Below are positions 1 to 13,135 of a stretch of DNA of 64,000 nucleotides, one piece after another; the stretch's first letter is position 1, and the number at the start of each line of letters is the position of its first letter. The notes beneath the pieces are model-generated. The model had not been told where the DNA came from. It was given only the letters and a program-made list of their open reading frames with translations, and did no database searches. The position numbers were made by a program, and so were the translations under genes. The stretch is from the human T2T-CHM13v2.0 reference genome, Homo sapiens, in NCBI GenBank assembly GCA_009914755.4, contig CP068257.2, forward strand, positions 12,160,001 to 12,224,000, written 5' to 3'.

Positions 1-410
1 TTTGGGATGCATGACAGGATGATGTCAGCAGACTGGCCAAATCCACATTCAGTATTTCCCATCATGAGGTCTTTGGTGTCAGGTGACATTAAAGAATGAG
101 AGTGGTGAAGAAACACCTCTGGTGAACCACTTTCCAATAGGCTGAGAATGCAGCTTTCAAATCACTTCCATTACTTGGCATAAAGAAACTGGAAAGCTAA
201 GTGAAAGAGAGAACACAGGGCTGAAGGTCAGAGGACCTGAGATCCTGCTCTCAATTCCCACTTACAGACTGAATGACAAAAGGTAAGTCATTTGTCCTCC
301 TGTATTGCTGCTTTCCTATTGAAAAACAGCAATAAACTACTTCCTTCATGGAGACACTATGACCAGAAAATGAGGCAACCTATAAAGCACACATTTAAAT
401 ATAAAATCAC

Positions 411-1036
<626 letters not shown>

Positions 1037-4000
1037 CAACCTGAGTTTCTTAAAACCTCATAGGCCTCATGGATTCAATAAAATAAGTCATGATTATGAT
1101 AATAATTTTTAGAGGTTCCTGTAAGGTAGAAACTGCTGTTATTTCAACTTCCCAAAATGCCTTGTGGGGCCCTAAGGCTATCTGTATAATCTAGAAATAG
1201 ATATATATTCAAATTAGCTATGTCACATCAAAATTTGGAGAAGAAGTAAAAAAAAGAAATTTAAGAGATTTACTCCACCAATCTCTTGGTAATTTTTGTG
1301 TTCATTATCAGTAAGCTGTGTGCATCCTTTTAGAGTGCTACTGTTTGAGAAAAGCAGCATTGAAGTTGCTGCTGATCTTGGTCATGCATTTTCAGAGTGT
1401 GCTTATCAGCAGACTTGGATGCTGTTGGGGTTCTGTTTTTGATTTGCAATTTTTCCAAGACAGGCTTTCTGTTGCCCAAGCTGGAGTGGGTAGCTGCTGT
1501 TTCTCAATAGACAAGTCCTAGAAGTAGAGATAATTCAATTTTCATTCACTCTTAGCTCTTCTGCCACTGGTGTTCCTCTTTGACCCCGACAGGGCTGCAC
1601 CTGTCTTCCAGGCCTGATGTAGCACTTGTATGGTTTGCCACTTGCCAGAAGATCCACAAGCCATTCTAAAAGCCTTTTGCCCAGTAGAGACCACTCCAGT
1701 GAGCACAAATTGTCTAATGGCTTTTTTTAGACGGTCTTCCTCCTTAGCTCATTTTTCTCCCAGAACAAAGATATCAAGGTGTTGATTTAGCAGCGGTTCC
1801 TGAAGGACAATCCAGCTTGGTTGAAATCTTTTCATTATAATAGAAAATATAATAGCAACAGTAGCATCCCCTGTTACACTGAAATTAAATGACTACTCTT
1901 TCACTGTTGGGGTGGCAAGTATAATTTCTATCACTTCTTTGGAAAGCAATACAACTTACTAAAGATCACCAAAATGTTTATACTTTTTGGAACCAAAAAC
2001 CTCACTGAAAAAAATTATTCCAAGAGTATATTTCAACAGAAAAAAAAAACAAGTAATATACATGCGTATGTTTCTCCCTGTGAAAACAACAACACAGAAT
2101 TTATTAAACAAGTTTTGAAACACTTGGCTATGTGGTAACATGGAACAATGTTCTCCTATAACGTTAAAGGATAAAAGCTTAGAGAATAGAATATATTCTA
2201 TGACTGCAACTATGAAAGAAAACATAGATCTACATAGGGACAAAGGTGATAAACATGCAAAAACAGGTGTTTGATTCATGGATTATGTGTATTTTTCCTG
2301 CATTCAAATTTATCTTTATTATTGCTTTTTTATGTTCCCCCTTCCTCCCCCCAAAAAATCCTAAAGATCTTGAATATGCCCCTATCGGTATTTAACATTT
2401 CATCTGAAACTGGGTCTAGATGACTCAATCTGCTCCAGTTTTTTGAACAAGATGAATAGCAAGGTTATTCTTTCCATTGTTTTTTTTTTTTTCTTTTCTT
2501 AACAGCCAGACACAGGTCTTTAATTATACAGCTGGCTTCTTTGTTTGGGATACGTTACTTTCAATCATTTTCCTGATCCTCTGCATGATTTACAGAAGCT
2601 GAGTGGGAGGCTTTAGCATTTCCATGGTCCTCCTTCTCCACTATCATGAGATTCTTATGTGAATTTTTTTTAGAGCCATTATTCTCCATTTGCAAAGGCA
2701 GAATGCAGTGGCAGGAGCTGGGACTCTGGGAAACCAACGGCCAAGAATTCAAACTACAGCATACTATGAAACACTCAGATAAGATGTCCCCATCATATTC
2801 TATCACTGGGCAAAGTAAAATGTAAACCACGTACTCAAAACAGAAAATATTGTGGGTGACAGTGACATGGGTATTCAGAAAGAAGAAGAAATGCAATTAA
2901 GAAACCAGGCAAAGAAGTAAACATGCCATGTAGCTTACGAAAGACCAGCCACATTGTGTGTATTTTAATATTGTTTAATGGTAACACCTAATAGAGCATC
3001 ATGATTGTGTGAACTAAATTTTCAGTCATAATGAATGCTACAAACTTCACTTCCCAAGTTTAAATACGCTACAACGTCTTGGGAAAAATGCAAGAAGAAT
3101 TATTTGATAAATGTTTCTCTTCCAGCCTATCTTGATCAACAGCCAGCAGCAACACATTGCAGATACAATCTCAAGACCTTGTGGCATGCATTTGTCACTA
3201 CATGCGTAACTTACTATGGACAGAGGATCACAGAAATTTTGAATATAATTTCCCACATGACAGGAGGTTAAATAGACCACACTGGAAGAAGGCAAGAAGC
3301 AGCTAGTTCTCTGGAGTACCAAAAAGTAAACTTCAGCCAGTTCTGGAAGCAGATAAATAGCAGGAAATATACTTTCACATGGGCTACTTTCTCAATAGTT
3401 CTTGCTTGCAAGAGCTCTAGGGAAAGTATGAGTTACTGGGTAACAATGTAATAGAAAAGGGGCCAGCCTTGGGAAAAATTGCAGTGGAAGAAAATCAGTG
3501 TCTCCTCATTTACATCTTTCTTTCTCCTCTTCCTTTGTAATGCTGCCTTTCTTGGGGTATTCTTTCCCCTAGAATACCCTGCCTGTCACCCCACAACAAC
3601 CTGCTCTTGAGACTGCATTTCTAATACCTATAATGAGATGTTATGTCAATGCCTCATCTCTCAGTGTGTGTATAGACATATTAAGCTTTCTCTCTATGCT
3701 GTGTTTTCTCATGCAGGAATATCAGACATTAATGAACCAGTAAAGAGGATGCTGGGGTGCAGAAGAGCTTTCCCAGTGTCCCGGGAGCCATTCTACACAG
3801 CATCCTACAGCATGACTATGGATCTGCTGTGCTTAGTTTCTTTACTTGTGAAAACAGAGTAATAGTAGCACCTACCTCACAGGATTGTTCTGAAGATTAG
3901 AGGGGTTTTTTCATGGAAAGCTCTAGAGCAGTGCTTGAGACATGGTAAGTGCTCAACATGTGTTCATTATTAGTATCATTATCAATATTTGATGTAAAAG

Positions 4001-4186
4001 CCTTTCTGAAAGAAATCACACAAGAACATGATCAGTTAAAAAATACATATGAATGAAAGTATGTTTGGTGCTGACACAACACAGACTGGCATAATGGTTA
4101 GGAACATAGAGTTTGGAAGTCAACCATCTGTGCTCAAAGCCTAGTGTCACCACATGGCCATTGTGGGACACTGGGCCTCAGATTTC

Positions 4187-5154
4187 TGTGGGGAAAAGAA
4201 AGAGAGGTCAGATTGTTACTGTGTCTGTGTAGAAAGAAGTAGACATAGGAGACTCCATTTTGTTCTGTACTAAGAAAAATTCTTCTGCCTTGAGATGCTG
4301 TTAATCTGACACCCTACCCCCAACCCCGTGCTCTCTGAAACATGTGCTGTGTCCACTCAGGGTTAAATGGATTAAGGGCTGTGCAAGATGGGCTTTGTTA
4401 AACAGATGCTTGAAGGCAGCATGCTCGTTAAGAGTCATCACCACTCCCTAATCTCAAGTACCCAGGGACACAAACACTGCGGAAGGCTGCAGGGACCTCT
4501 GCCTAGGAAAGCCAGATATTGTCCAAGGTTTCTCCCCGTGTGATAGTCTGAAATATGGCCTTGTGGGGAGGGAAAGGCCCTGACCGTCCCCCAGCTCGAC
4601 ACCCATAAAGGGTCTGTGCTGAGGAGGATTAGCAAAAGAGGAAGGAATGCCTCTTTGCAGTTGAGACAAGAGGAAGGCATCTGTCTCCTGCCCATCCCTG
4701 GGCAATGGAATGTCTCGGTATAAAACCTGATTGTATGTTCCATCTACTGAGATAGGGGAAAACTGCCTTAGGGCTGGAGGTAGGACATACGGGCAACAAT
4801 ACTGCTCTGTAAGGCATTGAGATGTTTATGTGTATGCATATCTAAAGCACAGCACTTAATTCTTTACCTTGGCTATGATGCAGAGACCTTTGTTCACGTG
4901 TTTATCTGCTGACCTTCTCTCCACTATTATCCTGTGACCCTGCCACAACCCTCTCTCTGAGAAACACCCAAGAATGATCAATAAATACTAAGAGAACTCA
5001 GAGGCTGGCAGGATCCTCCGCATGCTGAACGCTGGTCCCCTGGGCCCCCTTATTTCTTTCTCTATACTTTGTCTCTGTGTCTTTTTCTTTTCCAAGTCTC
5101 TCATTCCACCTAACGAGAAACACCCACAGGTGTGGAGGGGCAACCCACCCCTTC
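4187..5154 (+). mobile_element. Solo HERV-K (HML-2) LTR5-family LTR, 968 bp, TG...CA ends, 6-bp TSD 'gatttc'
   Basis: Begins 'tgtggggaaaagaaagagaggtcagattgttactgtgtctgtgtagaaagaagtagacatagg' and ends '...gtggaggggcaacccaccccttca', which is the characteristic LTR5 sequence. It is flanked by 'gatttc' at 4181-4186 and 5155-5160. No internal ERV sequence is present. Confidence 0.85.
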
Positions 5155-6769
5155 AGATTTCTAGCCTGAAAAATGGAGGAACAATGTCTGTCATATAAAG
5201 TTGCTGTAAATATAAAACCAGCTAAGAAATGTAAAATACTCAACAGTGTCTGACACAAAATAAACACCCAATTAATGGTAGCAGCAAGAAAAGAGCTCTC
5301 TTCAACCAACATCTTACCTTCAGAAATTGGTTAAGAAGAAATGAGTGCTTGGGAACCTTCCTGTTAGAGCTGGGGAACACAAATAACCCCAAGATATGAC
5401 CCAACTGGGAAATGAGGCACCAGAGTCAGCAGGTCTCAGGACTCGAGAACATGTCATAGATCTGGGGCCAAGGGGACTTCCCAATACCCCAGTCCTGAAT
5501 TAGCCAGATGTGCCTTTCAGTCCTTGGCTGAGCTGGACTGAGGCCTCCTCCAAAGGGAGAAATAAATGTGCATCCTGAAGAGAGCTGACTCTGAAAGAGA
5601 GAGAAACCCACAGAGGCTGAGTTTCACCAGCACAACTACTTCCAAGCACATTCCTCAGGTAAGTCATTTCTCTTCCCAAGGGGAGGATTGAATGAGTTTA
5701 TGGTGAGAGGCTGAAAGCTTTTCTCCTTTATTTTCCCTCATGGGAGAGGAGTGGAAGTACTATGTTCTCTGTGGGAATCTGCAGACTATGGACGTTTCCC
5801 CCAACAGTTGGCATTGACTGATTTATCTGCATGTCTCTCTATCCACATCTTCTATATGAAGAATCTAAGTGGGAATAGCCTCCAAAGTACTCTGATAGTA
5901 CCAAAGCACTATTCTAGTTTTGTATAATTTTTAAGTCTCTTCTTTAAATTTTTTTTTTGCAGACTCCATCCTAGACACAGCATACCAGAGTCTCCAAAGG
6001 GCTAAGCTCAAGAATCTATTCTGAAGCTCCCAACAGGAGTCTTATATAGCCAGGCAGGCAATGATCATATTTGGGGACCATTAGAAATAATCGAATGCAT
6101 ATACTCTGAACTTCAAATTTTTAATATTCTCGTTTTCTGCTCAGTAAGCTCAATTTCAATGCAGTTCACAGTTTCTCATATCCACCATGGCATTCTGCCA
6201 AGGAACTACAACTTGTATTCTCTAAACCCAACTGTTCTAAGAATGCTGGGCTGCTTATCAACTTCTAATGTACCTTGCTTAAACTTTCCTCTCTCGATGT
6301 GTCCCTGACTGAACTGCAGAAGACAGAACAACTGTACTAGCCATCTCTTTCTGCATATCCCATGTCTCCACAGAGGCCACGGTGTCTTCACAAAGCTAAC
6401 TGCAACGATTTTCGCAGGTGATATTTTCCCTTCATGATTTTCCATTTTCTACTTGAGCATTAAAATATCAGGAAGAAAAAGAAGATATAACCATATAGCA
6501 GTTGGTAAAATAAGATATCTGCCCCAGCACAGCCCATACTAAGTATTCAGAATTTACAGTTATATTAGATAACTACAAATTAGATAACTATTAACATAGT
6601 TATATTAGATAAGTAATATTTTCTCATCTTCAAGAACTAAAAAATTAACTTTTAAGTGATATTCAAAAAAGGAAGATACTCACTCACATCAACCCAATTA
6701 AAACCACATTTTCTATAGCTGGATGTAACAATCTTAATCCAAATCATTCACAAAAGTTGTTTAACATTC

Positions 6770-7655
6770 TTTTTTTTTTAAATTATACTTTAAGTTTTAG
6801 GGTACATGTGCACAATGTGCAGGTTAGTTACATATGTATACATGTGCCATGCTGGTGTGCTGCACCCATTAACTCGTCATTTAGCATTAGGTATATCTCC
6901 TAATGCTATCCCTCCCTGCTCCCCCCACCCCACAACAGTCCCCAGAGTGTGATGTTCCCCTTCCTGTGTCCATGTGTTCTCATTGTTCAATTCCCATCTG
7001 TGAGTGAGAACATGCGGTGTTTGGTTTTTTGTCCTTGTGATAGTTTACTGAGAATGATGATTTCCAATTTCATCCATGTCCCTACAAAGGACATGAACTT
7101 ATCATTTTTTATGGCTGCATGGTATTCCATGGTGTATATGGGCCACATTTTCTTAATCCAGTCTATCATTGTTGGACATTTGGGTTGGTTCCAAGTCTTT
7201 GCTACTGTGAATAGTGTCACAATAAACATACGTGTGCATGTGTCTTTATAACAGCATGATTTATAGTCCCTTGGGTATATACCCAGTAATGGGATGGCTG
7301 GGTCAAATGGTATTTCTAGTTCTAGATCCCTGAGGAATCGCCACACTGACTTCCACAATGGTTGAACTAGTTTACAGTCCCACCAACAGTGTAAAAGTGT
7401 TCCTATTTCTCCACATCCTCTCCTGCACCTGTTGTTTCCTGACTTTTTAATGATTGCCATTCTAACTGGTGTGAGATGGTATCTCATTGTGGTTTTGATT
7501 TGCGTTTCTGTGATGGCCAGTGATGATGAGCATTTTTTCATGTGTCTTTTGTCTGCATAAATGTCTTCTTTTGAGAAGTGTCTGTTCATATCCTTTGCCC
7601 ACTTTTTGATGGGGTTGTTTGTTTTTTTCTTGTAAATTTGTTTGAGTTCATTGTT
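6770..7655 (-). mobile_element. 5'-truncated L1 (L1PA-like) 3' fragment covering the ORF2 C-terminus, 3'UTR and poly-A (minus orientation)
   Basis: A poly-T run at 6770-6780 is followed by the reverse complement of the L1 3' end ('...gggtacatgtgcacaatgtgcaggttagttacatatgtatacatgtgccatg...'). The minus-strand ORF 6987..7589 translates to the L1 ORF2 C-terminus ('...[70 protein letters not shown]...'). Confidence 0.88.
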
Positions 7656-7659
7656 AACT

Positions 7660-10100
7660 TTCTTAAAGTAAGGCTCTAGACATTTGCTTCTTTACAAGTA
7701 TCTTGCAAAGCCATTATGAGGTAGAAGAAAAGTTTAAATGCACCACATTTTTCTACTCCATCGTAACTAAAATTACTACTCACAGGATGTGTATAGCTTC
7801 TGAATTTTGGTCCATCACATTTTCCACCATCAAATGAGTATACCCTTAAGGTTCTCACTTTATCATCAGCATAATATATTTTGCTTCCAGAATACCCAGT
7901 AAAGCTGAAATTTTTTCATTTAAAGTGATAAAAAAAATTCCCCAAATATCTACTTAACAATCTTAGATCTGAGTTTTGGCAAGACAGTTTAATGCATACA
8001 CAATGAAAACACTACATTTCTCACTCTCTCTCACACATGCACAGATTAAAACCCCAAAGTTTTCACTATATTTCCTCTTTCTTATACAGTTCAATTTTTA
8101 ACATGCAGCTTACTTATAATCTAAAAACAATTTTAAACATGATTGTCATAAAAATATTTTAAAACAGACATGAAATGTATAAAGGCAGACATAGATCATC
8201 CATGGTTACATCTGTTACATTTCTTTAGAAACAGAACTGTTTCTTCTCCTGTAAACAAACTTTTTTTTTCACACATTTAAAGCGAGGTCAGTGCTGACAT
8301 AAAATTATCGCTCTACTCACAGCCTTGTCTAGAGCCTTACTTTAAGAAAGTTAAAGTTTGCACTGTGCTTGAGATACATTTTCTTCATCTTCACAGCCCC
8401 AGCACTCTTACTTGAGAGTATGAGTCAACAGAAGTTTGCAGGCTAAAACCATTCAATAATATTTTCACCAATACTGGAATGGTAGTAAGTAACATTACAA
8501 AACATCAGAGGCCAAAAATGTTTCTTTGTTGGAGCCCAAGATTTTAATTTATTCTTCATTACCTGAAAATACTGCTCATTTAACCTCTTTGGGAAAAAAA
8601 ATATTCCAGAGATGAATAATTCCTTCATTAATGCTTCACCCAAGATGATTCCTTCACACTTATCCTCCAATGCTTTGCTGTTTTCATCCTTTGATGTAGC
8701 AGGCACCAAGAATCACCTTTCCTTTGGTCATCTGGCATAATGATCTCTTATGGTTTTTGCTAGTTGTTTGACAAATATTTTGTAAATTTTTCCACGGTAT
8801 GTATGCACTGTTTTTTGTAGTTCCAGTTCTAAAGGTTTTATTAGGGAATGAATGTTGTCATCTTAAAAGAACAATTTCTCAGTGCTTCATAAACAGCTCT
8901 AAATGCTGGTTGCTTATCATCATGGTAAACACCTCTGTTCCCTGAAGAATCAAGATTCCTTCTTCTGCTTCTTGGCAACTGCTTCCATATAGACAATGAT
9001 CTGGATGATAATTCCATTGACACGGAAAGGCAAAAAGACTTTCTGGATTATGAAAAAACATGATATCCAACAAATCTTGATTGCCCATGTAAATCTTGAT
9101 TGCCTATGTAATGTTTAGTTTGTATTCTTTAAGCCATGTCATAAGTATATCTCTTCATTGTAGTCACACAGTTTGTCATATCATTCTTGAAATACTTCCT
9201 TCTCATTCGAGTCATATTCATCAACATAATTCCAGGGTTTACTCCAGTTTTTCCACAGTATGGTTGCCTAGCAAAGCGACTATACCATCTTATTTGAGGT
9301 TCCTTGTGTTCTGAGGCCACTGGAGCAATTTATGTGGAATTAAATTTCTTTAGTAAAGAACAAATATGATCAACTGGTCGTAAAAAAGGCTATTAGTGTG
9401 GGAGTCAACTTCTTTCAGGAATAACGGCAAGAACAATCTCTGCGGACCACATGGTTTAAAGAGTTTTTCCATGCTGCTGCATTCTCACTTGGAAAGGTTA
9501 TGGGGTATATTGTATAATTAAATATTTGCAGAAATGACCCCTGTCACGTCTTCCTTTAAAGCTATAATGTAGCTGATCTTCAGCAAAAACCTGGAATTGA
9601 AGAGCTTTGATCCTGAAAAATGATAGCTGACTTCAACGTGGTCATAGTTTCTTCCAGTCTTTCATCACAGGCAACTACAGCTAGATGCATTTTCTCAACA
9701 GGCTGTATTTTCAGACGACACCTGTCCCACCCACCAGGATGCACAGCAGGACCAGCGCTGCCCGCGCCTCTCACGGCACCGCATCCGCCTCCTGCCAGCC
9801 AGGAAGCCACTGAGGCCTGCTGCTTCCCGCCACCACCGCCTGCTGCTTCCTCCAGGGACATGGGGAGCTGGCTGAAGGCGTAAAGGAGCGAGCAGAAGCC
9901 GCAGGCCAGACACAGCGCCACCACGTGCGGGTAGCGCCGCATCGCCCCAGCCGTGTTCCTTGGTCTCCGTCTCCGCCGCGCCCGCCTGGTGAACTGGAGC
10001 ACAGGGACCATAGTTCTGGAAATTTATCCTTTTTCTCTCCATGGATTCAGCAGCAGTGTCTAAAAGAAAAAAATTCATCAATCATTTATGTATATTTTAA
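7660..10100 (-). pseudogene. GXYLT1P: GXYLT1 (glucoside xylosyltransferase 1) processed pseudogene. The CDS-homologous part is about 8712-10011; it is intronless with multiple frameshifts and stops. The 3'UTR-derived part abuts the L1 fragment.
   Basis: Minus-strand translations match GXYLT1 continuously across what are separate exons in the parent gene. Matching segments are 'MRRYPHVVALCLACGFCSLLYAFSQLPMSLEEAAGGGGGKQQASVASWLAGGGCGAVRGAGSAGPAVHPGGWDRCRLKIQPVEKMHLAVVACDERLEETMTTLKSAIIF' and 'FNYTIYPITFPSENAA..WK' in a shifted frame. Further matches are 'EHKEPQIRWYSRFARQPYCGKTGVNPGIMLMNMTRMRRKYFKNDMT', '[41 protein letters not shown]', '[24 protein letters not shown]' and the C-terminus 'KPLELELQKTVHTYRGKIYKIFVKQLAKTIRDHYAR*'. 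Frames change between segments, so it is non-functional. The 5' region is GC/CpG-rich. Confidence 0.85.
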
Positions 10101-10339
10101 TATAAAGGTAAAACACTGCGAACCAGTGGAACCGGATAGAAAGTAATTCAGTTTTACAGAACACAACTGTTTTTCAGGCTCTTTTATTAAATATAAAAGA
10201 GCCATATATATTTCTGTGGAATTCCCCTTTTACTTAAGAATTCATTATCAGCGAATTAGTTTAAGGAGGCTGTTTTGTTAGAGGCTGTGGTTGCATTCAA
10301 AAATTGGAATAGGAACAATGACTTGTAAAAATTCAACAT

Positions 10340-10635
10340 TTTATTTTATTTTTGAGATGGAGTCTCGCTCTGTCGCCCAGGCTGTAGTGCAGTGGCGCGA
10401 TCTCGGCTCACTGCAACCTCAGCCTCCCGGGTTTAAGGAATTCTCTGCTTCAGCCTCCTGAATAGCTGGGATTACAGGCGCATGCCACCAAGCCCAGCTA
10501 ATTTTTTTTGTATTTTTAGTAGAGACGAAGTTTCACCACCTTGGCCAGGCTGGTCTTGAGCTCCTGACCTCGTGATCAGCCCACCTCAGCCTTCAAAAGT
10601 GCTGGGATTATAGGCGTGAGCCGCCGCGCCCGGCC
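10340..10635 (-). mobile_element. Alu SINE (minus orientation)
   Basis: 'ttttattttatttttgagatggagtctcgctctgtcgcccaggctgtagtgcagtggcgcgatctcggctcactgcaacctc...' and ends '...gcgtgagccgccgcgcccggcc'. Confidence 0.9.
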
Positions 10636-10756
10636 GGAAGTTCTTTCTTCTTAAAAGGATTATAAATGTAATTCCCACTGGCATGACACTTTTACTAATA
10701 TAGGTTGACTTTTTGCTTCAAATAACCCATTCGTACATCTAAATTAATTTCGCTCA

Positions 10757-10825
10757 GTATGTGTGTGTGCATGTGTGTGTGTGGATGTGTGTGTGTGTGT
10801 GTGGATGTGTGGATGTAAATCACAG
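10757..10825. repeat. Imperfect (GT)n / (GTGTGGAT)n simple repeat
   Basis: 'gtgtgtgtgcatgtgtgtgtgtggatgtgtgtgtgtgtgtgtggatgtgtggatg'. Confidence 0.8.
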
Positions 10826-10974
10826 TAAAGGGTAAAGGGAAGGTGGAAAAAAGGGAGATGGTCTAACATTTTTCACACATTTTTTAAATACACAAAAGAT
10901 ATGTAGTAAAAACAATGGTGTGGCGAAAACAAAATCTTGCAAACTAGAAAAAAGACAGTCCCCGGTCCCGTGTG

Positions 10975-13135
10975 GTCCCGTCCCGCCACGGGGCCAGCCA
11001 GCTGTAAGCTCCACGCAGTTCAACAAAGGCCCCTCCTACAGGCTCTTGGCGGACGTCCAGAACCGGTTCCTGTCCAAATATGACTCCCAGAAGGAGGTAG
11101 AGCTCCGCAGCTGGATCTAGGGACTCACTGGCCTCTCCATCGGCCCGACTTCCAGAAGGGCCTGAAGGACGGGATTATCTTATGCACACTCATGAACAAA
11201 CTGCAGCCGGGCTCAGTACCCAAAAATCAACCGCTTCAGTGTAGAACTGGTACCAGCTAGAAAGCCTCTCCAACCTCCTCAAGGCCATGGTCAGCTACAG
11301 CATGAACCCCGTGGACCTATTTGAGACCAACGACCTGTTTGAGAGTGGGAACGTGAGGCAGGTGCAGGTGTCTCTTCTCGCCCTGGCAAGGAAGGCCAAG
11401 ACTAAGGGGCTGCAGAGCGAGGTGGACATCGGTGAGGAGTACTCAGAGAAGCAGGAGGGGAACTTCGACGATGCCACCATGAAGGCTGGCCAGTGCATCA
11501 TCCGGCTGCAGATTACCAATAAACGCGCCAGCCAGTCAGGCACGACTGTGTACGGCAGAGCACGAGGAGGCATCTCTACGACCCCAAGAACAACATCCTG
11601 CCCCCCATGGACCACTCGACCATCAGCCTCCAGATGGGTACAAGCAAGTGTGCCAGCCAGGTGGGCATGGCGGCTCCTGGGACCCGGTGGCACATCTACG
11701 ACACGAAGCTGGGAATCACAAGTATGACAACTCTTCCACGACCCTGAAGATGGGCTACACGCTGGGCACCAACCAGAGCAGCCAGGTCTTCAGCCTGGGC
11801 CGACAGATATACGACCCCAAGTACTGCCTGGGAGCACAGTGGCCCACGGGGCTCCCTCAGGTGCAGGCGACTGCCCGGGGCCAGTGGAGGCCCCTGAATA
11901 TCTCCCTTACTACCAAGAGGAGACCAGCTACTGAGGCTCCCAGCACGCTCTCTCCCCACATGGTCTCCCTGTCTGGGTGTTTGGGTTTTTCTGTGTTTTC
12001 ATCTTTTTTTTTTTTAACCTGTTCAGTGCTGCCAGTCAACGGAGCGTCTGTGAGTAGCAGCGTGGGATCAGGCAGCAGGGTTTTTTTTCCCCGTTGCTTT
12101 CGTTCCTTTGCAGGACTGAGCCACCGGGCTGTGGGGGAAGGGATCAAGGCCATATCCCGATGCGTGTCGGGTGAGGGTCCCCGCTGGCGCGTCCAGGCTG
12201 TGGGCCTAGCTGTGCTGGGGAGACGAGACCTGGGCATGGAGGGAACCGGTCCCCGAAGGTTTCCCGTTGCCTCGCCTCTTCCCCCTTTTGTCAGCCGATC
12301 AGTTTGTGGTTTCTGTACCCGCAAAAGTTTCAAGAAGTATTAACAAAAGAAAAAAATTTTTTTTCCCCCAGGAATGGGGCAGGGACAGTGGGTGCTGGGA
12401 AATCAGTCCCTTGGGACAGGGGGCCAGGCCAGGATGCTAAAATATCTCAGGCTCCTGAGTGGCTGGATTTCCCTAGGACCCTCAGACCAACAGACCTCAG
12501 ACCCTCAGACCTACGCTGGGGCCCGGTGAGGAAACAGGCCCATACAAGGTAGTGGAATTCTCCGTTGTTAGTGTTAAGCCTGACCCCTCTCCATACTAGT
12601 CCCCTTACCCCCGTGGCCCTCAGTAGGGTTTTTTTGTTTGTTTTTGTTTTTGTTTTTTTGAGATGGAGTCTCACTTTGTCTCTCAGGCTGAAGCACAGTG
12701 GAGTAATCTCGCCTCACTGCACCAGCCTCCCATGCTCAAGCGATCCTCCTGCCTCAGCCTCCAGAGTAGCTAGGACTACAGGCCTGTGCCACCACACCTG
12801 GCTAATTTTTTGTATTTTTAGTAGAGACAGGATTTCACCATGTTGGCCAGGTTGATCTGGAACTCTTGACCTCATGTGATCTGCCTGTCTCGTCCTCCCA
12901 AAGTGTTGGGATGGCAGGTGTGAGCCACCACGCCCAGCCCCTCAGTAGGTTTTAAGGAGCCCCAGCCCTCCTTCTCCCCTTCTGGGCCTGACCAGGTCTA
13001 CTGCTGTATCTCCCCCAACCACACGCCCTGCCAAGTACTGCACAGGGCCCCCCACCCAGGGACCCCGGATCATGAGATAATGTGAAATACCGACTGTGGA
13101 CCAAACACAATAAAACCTCTGTTTTTAAGAAGAAA
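10975..13135 (+). pseudogene. CNN2P: CNN2 (calponin-2) processed pseudogene. The CDS-homologous part is about 10985-11935. The start codon is lost and there are frameshifts and stops. The 3'UTR-derived part runs through an AATAAA at about 13110 and carries an Alu insertion.
   Basis: Plus-strand translations match calponin-2 without introns. Matching segments are 'SSTQFNKGPSYRLLADVQNRFLSKYDSQKEVELRSWI..GLTGLSIGP', 'KAMVSYSMNPVDLFETNDLFESGNVRQVQVSLLALARKAKTKGLQSEVDIGEEYSEKQEGNFDDATMKAGQCIIRLQ' and '[65 protein letters not shown]', ending 'PYYQEETSY*'. Frames shift and there is an in-frame stop near 11118. The downstream non-coding tail ends 'aataaaacctctgtttttaagaagaaaatgaaaag'. Confidence 0.85.
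12630..12929 (-). mobile_element. Alu SINE (minus orientation) inserted in the CNN2 pseudogene 3'UTR-derived region, with TSD 'cctcagtagg(g/t)tttt'
   Basis: A T-rich start is followed by 'gagatggagtctcactttgtctctcaggctgaagcacagtggagtaatctcgcctcactgcacc...' and ends '...gtgagccaccacgcccagcc'. Direct repeats 'cctcagtagg' lie at 12618-12627 and 12930-12939. Confidence 0.9.

Noticed and set aside
6987-7589. A 200-aa ORF on the minus strand
   Set aside because: It is the C-terminal portion of L1 ORF2 within a 5'-truncated L1 fragment and is not a host gene.
9580-10081. ORFs of 143 and 128 aa in a GC/CpG-rich region, a possible gene 5' end or CpG island
   Set aside because: They correspond to the 5' end of the GXYLT1 retrocopy (N-terminal signal-anchor region of GXYLT1) with a frameshift after about 110 residues. 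The GC richness is inherited from the parent first exon.
11648-12343. The longest ORF in the window (231 aa, plus strand)
   Set aside because: It lies in the C-terminal and 3'UTR-derived part of the CNN2 processed pseudogene and is out of frame relative to calponin. It is GC-rich with no homology-consistent product, so it is a by-product of pseudogene decay and GC content.
12340-12366. 'aaaagaaaaaaatttttttt' as the poly-A end of the CNN2 retrocopy
   Set aside because: The CNN2-like 3'UTR homology appears to continue beyond the Alu insertion to an AATAAA at about 13110 followed by an A-rich tail. The 12.34-kb run is therefore more likely an internal A/T tract, and the pseudogene end is placed at about 13135 with moderate confidence.
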